6,516 nt of DNA from positions 1-6,516 of the IMG/VR virus record IMGVR_UViG_3300022758_000054, one strand, 5' to 3'. This DNA comes from a virus. The notes under the pieces are model-generated. The model was not told where the DNA came from and did no database searches. It worked only from the letters and a program-made list of their open reading frames with translations. Below, one piece after another: positions 1 to 4,943 of the stretch; positions within the stretch are counted from its first letter, which is position 1; every line of letters starts with the position of its first letter. The position numbers were made by a program, and so were the translations under genes.

Positions 1-127
1 ACCCGGAGACCAAGAATCACCATTCAAATAAACCAAAGCAGAGCCCAAATCGAACAACCTTAAAGACGGCAAATAAGTTCCAAGAGCCAAATTCTGAGTC
101 AAAGACAACGCCTGAATCTGATTGACG
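1..127. repeat. Terminal redundancy copy 1 (circular-genome assembly overlap)
   Basis: Compared base by base, 1..127 is identical to 6390..6516. The reading frame of the capsid gene is continuous across the junction. Confidence 0.95.
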
Positions 128-414
128 TCCTGCATCTGGGTCAATACGGAAGGCGCAGACTTCCAAAGAAGGCGTAAAGGAACAGCGTAGAAATCAAAGT
201 ATTCACGCAACCGGGTATAAGCAGAAGTTTCAACGGGCTGAGTGCGAGTGAAATACTCAACGTTAAACTTATACTTATCACCAGGCATTGAAATATCGAA
301 GTAAACGGGAAGAAGCTCACCAACTTTTGCAGTAAATGCATTTTTACGTCCAATATCAAAGCCAGAACGGTGAGGATGGTTCTGAAGATTGGACATTCCA
401 GTGTAAGAAGCCAT
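1..414 (-). CDS. VP1: Major capsid protein VP1 (F-like), N-terminal 138 codons; continues at 6389 after the circular wrap
   Basis: My translation from ATG 414..412 gives MASYTGMSNLQNHPHRSGFDIGRKNAFTAKVGELLPVYFDISMPGDKYKFNVEYFTRTQPVETSAYTRLREYFDFYAVPLRLLWKSAPSVLTQMQDVNQIQALSLTQNLALGTYLPSL... An in-frame stop (TAG) lies upstream at 441..439. The frame is open to base 1 and is the same frame as ORF 4944..6497 through the 127-nt repeat. The N-terminal motif pattern is typical of Microviridae capsid proteins. The ORF track missed it because it is cut by the window edge. Confidence 0.93.
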   Translation of the reverse strand, partial: MASYTGMSNLQNHPHRSGFDIGRKNAFTAKVGELLPVYFDISMPGDKYKFNVEYFTRTQPVETSAYTRLREYFDFYAVPLRLLWKSAPSVLTQMQDVNQIQALSLTQNLALGTYLPSLRLFDLGSALVYLNGDSWSPG

Positions 415-441
415 AAAAAAACATTTTAAAATTAAACACTA

Positions 442-2139
442 TCAGTCCTGATAAGAAAAAACACCAAACAAATCATTGACCTTCTTGTGTTTGACCTTAT
501 CCCTACACTTCATCAATGCAGCGGCAGCCAAACGACGAACAAGAGGCAATTCATGGTAAGATTTCTCCTTATCAAGAACAGATCTATTATAACGGAAAGA
601 ATAGTTACGAATCTCAAAGTCTACCAAATCCTTATCATTGGAATCTTCCAAAGTCTGATAGAAATCTACAAGACGGTGGTAATCATAAAAATTCCAAAAA
701 TAAACTATTTTCTCAGAGATTATTCGTAAAAACCTTTCCCGGCAGAAAAGTTCTCCTCCAGGAGTGCCGCTGGACCAGAAGAGTTCCGAGCATCCGTCTG
801 TTGAATATGTTCGAATAAACTTCGAAATTCCGAGAAAAAAGCGGTAGACACGGGACAGACGATGAGCAGCTTCCAAATCAGCACCATCGTACAGACGACA
901 TTCAGAAAGAACGAGAACATCACTATGCGGTAAATTCGCCTGAGGAGAGAGGAAATTCCTATATTCATTTGATTTTCCATAATTATCTACATAATTTAAA
1001 TACTGTTTACAAAAAGACAAAATACTTTGCTTGGAACTTTCGCCAAACGGATCGCAACCTATATCAGCGCATCCGCTACGAATGACCCGTTCGGGCGCTG
1101 TGAACGCAGCAAAAAGTAACTGGTAAATACTCGATGGAGATTTACGAATAGCGTCCGAAAATCGGGGGAATAGTCGAAGGAGATACGGCCATGTAGGTTT
1201 AATTGTGCGAAAATAACCATCGCGTTCAACGCGGACTCCATCAAGGCACTTATCGATAACTTCGTCAATTTCGGCAACTCGTACCTTTCGAGGAAAGAGA
1301 TTTGACTCTGTAAATCCAATGGAATGGAAGGATTTAGGTCGCACCACTTTTGGCATTTGAGTATAAAAGTCGGGTAAAGCGACAAAACTATTAACATACG
1401 ACGCAACATACGAAGCTGCAAATCCTCGCGAGAGTGACGCATCACAACGACCGTAAGACCAAGCCTTAGATACATTTTCACAAACAGTTTGCGAGAATCG
1501 TTCGGAATTGGAAAACAATAACAAGTGCCAATGCGGGCGGAAACTGGTAGGACCGTATTCTGATACAGCGTAGTAACGTAATTTTTCATCCGGGTAATAA
1601 CTTCTTAAACGTTTTAAAAATAAATCAAGGTCACGATTACAAACATAAGGAATCCTATTGGGAACATTATGATTAATCTTGCCAAGAATAGACAAAAGCT
1701 CCTTAGGTTTCATAGGATAAGTAAATCTTATCTCAGGATCCTTGAATATACGCTCAACGGTAGAATTTTTCAACTTGACAGAAGCGGTGCGAGGAACGCT
1801 GCGAAAACCAAAAAGATAAGTATTAGGGTCACCAGCGTCCAAGTCATTAATATCTGGAACGCAGGATACATCCGCAATATCATCCGTACAAAGTTCAACA
1901 AGCGAAACCTTCAAAGTAGGAAGAAAGCAAGGAGCATAAGTAAGAGTAACAAAGTATACATAACGGAATTGAGCAGAATAAGTAGTGAGCAAATTTGTTT
2001 GAATCCCGGAACGACGAAGAATACAAGAGGGGCAAGAGCCACAAGACACAAGAACAGACTCTTGTGTATACTTATTAACAACCGTGCGAGGATTCTGACA
2101 ACGGGTCACTAGCTTATTCTGCAATTCCTTAGTAATCAT
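442..2139 (-). CDS. VP4: Rolling-circle replication initiator protein VP4 (phiX174 A-like, HUH endonuclease)
   Basis: 565 aa. Motif 1 is FVTLTY (aa 63-68). The HUH motif is HWHLLLF (aa 203-209; H203 = nt 1533..1531). The two-tyrosine motif is YVASYVN (Y244 = 1410..1408, Y248 = 1398..1396), which closely resembles the phiX174 A active site YVAKYVNK. There is an N-terminal Cys cluster, C..P...SCGSCPSC. The ATG overlaps the upstream stop as ATGA. Confidence 0.95.
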   Translation of the reverse strand: MITKELQNKLVTRCQNPRTVVNKYTQESVLVSCGSCPSCILRRSGIQTNLLTTYSAQFRYVYFVTLTYAPCFLPTLKVSLVELCTDDIADVSCVPDINDLDAGDPNTYLFGFRSVPRTASVKLKNSTVERIFKDPEIRFTYPMKPKELLSILGKINHNVPNRIPYVCNRDLDLFLKRLRSYYPDEKLRYYAVSEYGPTSFRPHWHLLLFSNSERFSQTVCENVSKAWSYGRCDASLSRGFAASYVASYVNSFVALPDFYTQMPKVVRPKSFHSIGFTESNLFPRKVRVAEIDEVIDKCLDGVRVERDGYFRTIKPTWPYLLRLFPRFSDAIRKSPSSIYQLLFAAFTAPERVIRSGCADIGCDPFGESSKQSILSFCKQYLNYVDNYGKSNEYRNFLSPQANLPHSDVLVLSECRLYDGADLEAAHRLSRVYRFFLGISKFIRTYSTDGCSELFWSSGTPGGELFCRERFLRIISEKIVYFWNFYDYHRLVDFYQTLEDSNDKDLVDFEIRNYSFRYNRSVLDKEKSYHELPLVRRLAAAALMKCRDKVKHKKVNDLFGVFSYQD

Positions 2140-2444
2140 TTTCTATCAGTAAAATTAAGTTCCATTTGACGGGGTTTGCGACCGCGAGCAAAAGAAACAT
2201 GAATGAATGTACGATATTTTATAAGCTGGTCAAATTTAAAGGAAGAACATTTAACCATCGAGAGGAATCCATCAACCGAAAGGTCGACAGGTTTGAGGTC
2301 AACGGCATCACCGGTCAGATGTTGGGAGTTCCTAGAACCGTTACACGCATCATTCTGTGCTACAGTACGGAGAGCGGAAGTAACGGTAAAATGAACATTC
2401 CGACAAAGAAGCCATTCAAGAAATTTCATTAATTCGGGGTTCAT
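2136..2444 (-). CDS. Peptidase M15-like zinc D-Ala-D-Ala carboxypeptidase / cell-wall hydrolase (putative endolysin)
   Basis: 102 aa. The segment TVTSALRT..N...GS.NSQHLTGDAVDL ... YRTFIHVS matches the Peptidase_M15_3/VanY-type signature S.H..G.A.D ... H: H42-x6-D49 plus H82 as candidate Zn ligands. ATG is at 2444..2442. The stop TGA at 2138..2136 overlaps the Rep ATG. No obvious signal peptide. Confidence 0.78.
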   Translation of the reverse strand: MNPELMKFLEWLLCRNVHFTVTSALRTVAQNDACNGSRNSQHLTGDAVDLKPVDLSVDGFLSMVKCSSFKFDQLIKYRTFIHVSFARGRKPRQMELNFTDRK

Positions 2445-2447
2445 GAC

Positions 2448-2537
2448 TTACGAAAAAATTTGGGCAATAGACGTAAGAAGACTGACAGCAGCTGCAATAA
2501 TAGCAGACCAGATTTTAGATTTAGTTTCACTTTTCAT
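2448..2537 (-). CDS. 29-aa single-pass transmembrane peptide (holin-like candidate)
   Basis: My translation is MKSETKSKIWSAIIAAAVSLLTSIAQIFS*. It has a charged N-terminus followed by a 20-residue hydrophobic helix. The stop TAA at 2450..2448 lies 3 nt before the peptidase ATG. Its ATG (2537..2535) sits inside the end of the upstream 57-aa ORF. It is below the ORF-track length cutoff. Confidence 0.5.
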   Translation of the reverse strand: MKSETKSKIWSAIIAAAVSLLTSIAQIFS

Positions 2538-2700
2538 CAGAAGGGGAATTAAAGGTTGAACATGAAGAAACGATAATCAAACAGTCCGAACTAAGAGTAA
2601 AAGAAACAAAATCGGAAATTTCATTAACCGGCACAAGAACAGTCTTGTTCCGATTAGGATCAACTTTGGACTGAATACAACACAAATAAAAATCTTCCAT
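2527..2700 (-). CDS. Hypothetical 57-aa protein, first ORF of the Rep-proximal gene block
   Basis: My translation is MEDFYLCCIQSKVDPNRNKTVLVPVNEISDFVSFTLSSDCLIIVSSCSTFNSPSDEK*. ATG is at 2700..2698 and TGA at 2529..2527, overlapping the next ORF by 11 nt. It is on the coding strand and packed like the neighbouring genes. I recognise no motif. Confidence 0.4.
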   Translation of the reverse strand: MEDFYLCCIQSKVDPNRNKTVLVPVNEISDFVSFTLSSDCLIIVSSCSTFNSPSDEK

Positions 2701-2816
2701 AACTAATAAATATTAAATGTTAAACGATATGACGGGGCGAATATACAAAATAAAATCAATAACCAAAACATATAAGCAAAAAAATACATAAGTTATATGG
2801 GTGGCAGGCTGGTCTG

Positions 2817-2889
2817 TGAGTTTGCGTATATAAGACAAGGGGGAGACTGAAAGCGATGAGGTAAATCGCTTTCCCTCCGGGCAAACTCA
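2817..2889. other. Nested stem-loop element: outer 9-bp stem enclosing an inner 9-bp hairpin
   Basis: The outer stem pairs tgagtttgc (2817..2825) with gcaaactca (2881..2889). The inner hairpin pairs gaaagcgat (2849..2857) with atcgctttc (2865..2873) around a 7-nt loop, gaggtaa. Both stems are perfect complements. Confidence 0.55.
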
Positions 2890-2891
2890 TG

Positions 2892-3054
2892 TAGGCTTCG
2901 CCAAGTTATATCCTTGTATTTCAAGTATTTACAGTGATAAAAAGAGCAGCTCTCCGGGAGATTGCATACGCGCTACAAGCATCAAGATTTTAGACTTCGC
3001 CAAGTTATATACTTGTATTTCAAGTATTTACAGTGATAAAAAGAGCAGCTCTCC
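2892..3054. repeat. 64-nt direct repeat, two copies (2892..2955 and 2991..3054), period 99 nt
   Basis: The unit is tag[g/a]cttcgccaagttatat[c/a]cttgtatttcaagtatttacagtgataaaaagagcagctctcc, with 2 mismatches in 64. Each copy ends in the 16-nt core. Confidence 0.9.
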
Positions 3055-3189
3055 AGAGGCGGAAAAGAGCAGCTCTCCAGAGGCGGAAAAGAACAGCTCT
3101 CCAGACATTCTTTATATTTAAGGTGTTTAACGGCGACGGAAAAGAGCAGCTCTCCGGGAGATCGCATACGCGTTGCAAACATCAAGATC
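2940..3189. repeat. 50-nt direct repeat (2940..2989 and 3140..3189, 200 nt apart) bracketing the array; five copies in all of the core AAAAGAGCAGCTCTCC
   Basis: The unit is aaaagagcagctctccgggagat[t/c]gcatacgcg[c/t]t[a/g]caa[g/a]catcaagat[t/c], with 5 mismatches in 50. Cores start at 2940, 3039, 3063, 3087 (1 mismatch) and 3140. The core contains the palindrome AGAGC-A-GCTCT. Copies 1 and 5 add an overlapping palindrome, TCTCC-G-GGAGA. Confidence 0.9.
3039..3110. repeat. 24-nt tandem repeat, about 2.7 copies (aaaagagcagctctccagaggcgg)
   Basis: Units are at 3039..3062 and 3063..3086 (identical), plus a degenerate third unit at 3087..3110 (aaaagaacagctctccagacattc). Confidence 0.9.
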
Positions 3190-3291
3190 CGAGGAAGGCA
3201 GTACTATAGCCTGACGGCTCTGATTTCAGTCCTAACGTCCCGAAATCCAGGAGGTGCATAACCACGCTACGCGCGGTTGCCAGAAGTTACT

Positions 3292-3331
3292 CCAAACAAC
3301 AAAGCCCGGCGTGTATCACTACAAACCGGGT
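3292..3331 (-). terminator. Weak candidate intrinsic terminator downstream of VP2
   Basis: The minus strand reads ACCCGG-16 nt-CCGGGC followed by TTTGTTGTTTGG. That is a 5-bp G+C stem (3305..3309 with 3326..3330), a long loop and a T-rich tail, beginning about 28 nt after the VP2 stop. Confidence 0.25.
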
Positions 3332-3358
3332 AAGAAAAACGAAAAGAAGCACGGAAGA

Positions 3359-4447
3359 CTAACGACGAGTACTAATAACTCTATGAGGTATAAAATTACC
3401 TATAGTATTACCAATACTTGTTCCATAGTCTATCCATTTATCAGAATCAAAATACTCATATTTTTTCTTTTCATTTCGAGAACGATACCAAGACTCAATA
3501 TTCCTACTACGAGCATTATCTTGAGAAAGACCTAATCTGAGTTCCTCATTATGATAAGCGGCAGAAGATTGATTAGCCGCAATATTGGCAGCAATTTGAG
3601 ACTCAGCAATACGAGAAGCAACCTTATTAGAAATATTCTGACCACGCGCACGAGCGGCAGCCAAAGCTTCCTCAGCTATAGCCTTTTTAGCGGCAGCATA
3701 AGAAAGATAGCCAGAAGACATGCGCTGGTAGTAATCCGCAGCCTTAACATTCAAATCAAGCTGCTGCTGCTGGTCAAGATACTTGTTCAAAATACCCTTA
3801 GCCTCATTATCAAGAAGCATACCAGAACGCTGAGCGCGCATAATAAGACCTGTCATTGCCATATTATCAGCTTCTTGCTGTTCCTTAGCATAACCAAGCT
3901 GAGCACGTGCCAATCCAGTAGATTTCAAATAATTACGGGTTTCATCAGTAAGTTTTCCCCAATCTACATTGGAAAGAGTTTCCATTGCCTTAGCATCAGC
4001 AAGTTGTCTAGCACCTTGCAATTGAGACTTTTGAGATTGCATCAACTCATATTGGAAAATGTTACCAATGGAAGAACCAATACCGGAATAATCAGCCTGA
4101 AAAGGTTGCATGACGGCAGAACCAGAAGAAGAAGCAGAAGAGCCAGTACCAGCTGATTGAGCAACACCAGCTGAGCCTCCATTCATCATCAAATAAGGAT
4201 TCAAACCAGCTTCCTCGAGACGCTGACGTTGGGCAGATGCAGTGTTATAAGCGTTTTCCTTATTCCACATGTTTTCCTGCCAGTTACGCTGCTGAATCGC
4301 CATACGTTCGTTAAACTGGTTATTCATCTGATTAATTTTGTAATTCATCCGGTTGGTTTCCTGGACATTTTGTCTATTCTGCGAATTTTGAACAGCAGAA
4401 GAACCAATGCCAAGGAGACCACCAGCAATTGAACCAAGAAGACCCAT
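3359..4447 (-). CDS. VP2: Minor capsid / DNA pilot protein VP2 (phiX174 H-like)
   Basis: 362 aa. The Gly-rich hydrophobic N-terminus MGLLGSIAGGLLGIGSSAV resembles the phiX174 H N-terminus MFGAIAGGIASALAGG. The segment NERMAIQQRNWQENMWNKENAYNTASAQRQRLEEAGLNPYLMM carries the AGLNP motif that I recall from gokushovirus/alpavirus VP2. The body is Q/A/N-rich and coiled-coil-like. Its ATG (4447..4445) overlaps the upstream stop as TAATG. Confidence 0.85.
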   Translation of the reverse strand: MGLLGSIAGGLLGIGSSAVQNSQNRQNVQETNRMNYKINQMNNQFNERMAIQQRNWQENMWNKENAYNTASAQRQRLEEAGLNPYLMMNGGSAGVAQSAGTGSSASSSGSAVMQPFQADYSGIGSSIGNIFQYELMQSQKSQLQGARQLADAKAMETLSNVDWGKLTDETRNYLKSTGLARAQLGYAKEQQEADNMAMTGLIMRAQRSGMLLDNEAKGILNKYLDQQQQLDLNVKAADYYQRMSSGYLSYAAAKKAIAEEALAAARARGQNISNKVASRIAESQIAANIAANQSSAAYHNEELRLGLSQDNARSRNIESWYRSRNEKKKYEYFDSDKWIDYGTSIGNTIGNFIPHRVISTRR

Positions 4448-4929
4448 TATTCGGAGGAAGCAGCACCGGCGGAAGCAGCTGCCGCCTTTTCTGCCTCTTG
4501 TTTAGCAGTTTCAGCATCAATCAATTCCTGCGCCTGGGACTCAAGACTTTCAGCATAAGCAGACAACTCCTTAGACCAAGCAATAATCTCAGAAGGAGCC
4601 TGGACATGCCGGGAACGAACCGTTGCCAAAAGGTCATCATCAGACATTCCATCCATAATCTGCTGGGTCTGGGAAGCAGACTGTCTGCTTTGCCCAAACT
4701 TGGAAGCAACAGCGAGACCGGCACGGGAAGACAAATCCTTGGTATGAAGAATCAAACGAACATCAGAAGTATAACGAACCGGACGAGTTTCATCCGAATC
4801 ATCAATTTCAACACGAAGCTGTTCAGTAGAATCAAATTCGGGAGCAACTGCAAAAGTATCCGGTTCAACATTGGGAATAAGTCCAGAACCTTGTTCCAAA
4901 CTATTCAAAGAATTAAATTTTCCAAACAT
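4447..4929 (-). CDS. 160-aa acidic protein, putative internal scaffolding (VP3-like) protein
   Basis: ATG at 4929..4927 lies 14 nt after the VP1 stop. The stop TAA at 4449..4447 overlaps the VP2 start. The protein is acidic (D/E-rich, e.g. EIDDSDE, MSDDD) with an A/E-rich helical C-terminus. The functional call rests on position and composition only. Confidence 0.6.
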   Translation of the reverse strand: MFGKFNSLNSLEQGSGLIPNVEPDTFAVAPEFDSTEQLRVEIDDSDETRPVRYTSDVRLILHTKDLSSRAGLAVASKFGQSRQSASQTQQIMDGMSDDDLLATVRSRHVQAPSEIIAWSKELSAYAESLESQAQELIDAETAKQEAEKAAAASAGAASSE

Positions 4930-4943
4930 AATTAAAACAAGAT

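Larger units (their letters stand above)
2701..3358. other. Long non-coding region (658 nt, about 10% of the genome) with an AT-rich part (2701..2800) and a repeat- and structure-rich part
   Basis: It lies between the VP2 stop (3361..3359) and the ORF57 start (2700). It contains only short ORFs (17-66 codons) and dense direct repeats and palindromes. It looks more G+C-rich than the flanking genes from about 2800 onward. Confidence 0.8.

Noticed and set aside
141-359. Short minus-strand alternative-frame ORFs inside VP1 and the scaffold-like gene (141..359, 4521..4724, 5312..5494, 5627..5842, 5984..6181).
   Set aside because: They are 60-72 codons long, with hydrophobic L/F/I-rich translations as expected from off-frame reading of a T-rich coding strand. 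They have no motifs and no coupling to neighbouring genes, and their lengths are well within chance expectation.
2715-2725. A dif/Xer-like integration site. AAATGTTAAAC resembles the XerD arm TTATGTTAAAT of E. coli dif, which is relevant because Bacteroidota microvirus prophages have been proposed to integrate using host Xer recombinases.
   Set aside because: Only 8 of 11 positions match on one arm. There is no matching inverted XerC arm 6 nt upstream. The AT-rich context makes such matches likely by chance.
2701-2800. A Bacteroides-type promoter (TTTG at -33, TAnnTTTG at -7) upstream of ORF57 in the AT-rich part of the non-coding region.
   Set aside because: I checked each TTTG on the coding strand and found no exact TAnnTTTG. 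The region is promoter-like only in being AT-rich, so I make no specific promoter call.
2817-2889. The 73-nt nested stem-loop as a tRNA.
   Set aside because: The arm layout does not fit a cloverleaf on either strand. There is only one internal hairpin (9-bp stem), separated by 7 and 23 nt from a 9-bp outer stem. There is no T-loop or D-loop consensus.
2756-2890. A 44-codon minus-strand ORF (MSLPGGKAIYLIAFSLPLVLYTQTHRPACHPYNLCIFLLICFGY) with hydrophobic stretches.
   Set aside because: The hydrophobic runs are too short for transmembrane helices and are expected from a T-rich strand. The ORF is superimposed on the nested hairpin and is not coupled to adjacent genes.
2980-2985. A phiX174-like Rep nick-site core, CTTG/AT, on the coding strand in both copies of the 50-nt repeat (2980..2985 and 3180..3185). 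The same core also occurs inside Rep at 1623..1628, followed by an AT-rich tract, and as CTTGATAT inside VP1 near 5563..5570.
   Set aside because: The hexamer occurs at least seven times on the coding strand, so it does not single out an origin. The nick-site sequence for this lineage is unknown.
2940-3155. The five-copy repeat as a CRISPR mini-array.
   Set aside because: The spacing is irregular (99, 24, 24, 53 nt), the shared core is only 16 nt, and the would-be spacers are themselves repeated. There are no cas genes or leader.
3249-3535. A plus-strand AGGAGGTG followed by a 93-codon ORF (3254..3535) with a basic N-terminus. I considered it as a J/VP8-like DNA-binding protein.
   Set aside because: The GTG start lies inside the SD-like motif itself, so there is no spacer. 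The ORF is on the non-coding strand and runs antisense into the 3' end of VP2. No other gene in this genome uses an SD.
3551-4156. Long plus-strand ORFs antisense to the real genes: 201 aa at 3551..4156, 168 aa at 4429..4935 (spanning almost exactly the scaffold-like gene), 147 aa at 1669..2112, 100 aa at 516..818, 88 aa at 2166..2432, and others.
   Set aside because: Microviridae encode all genes on one strand. The translations are S/R/L/N-rich low-complexity sequence typical of the antisense of GCN/CAG/AAC-rich genes, with no motifs. The opposing minus-strand ORFs have clear homology signatures and coupled starts and stops.
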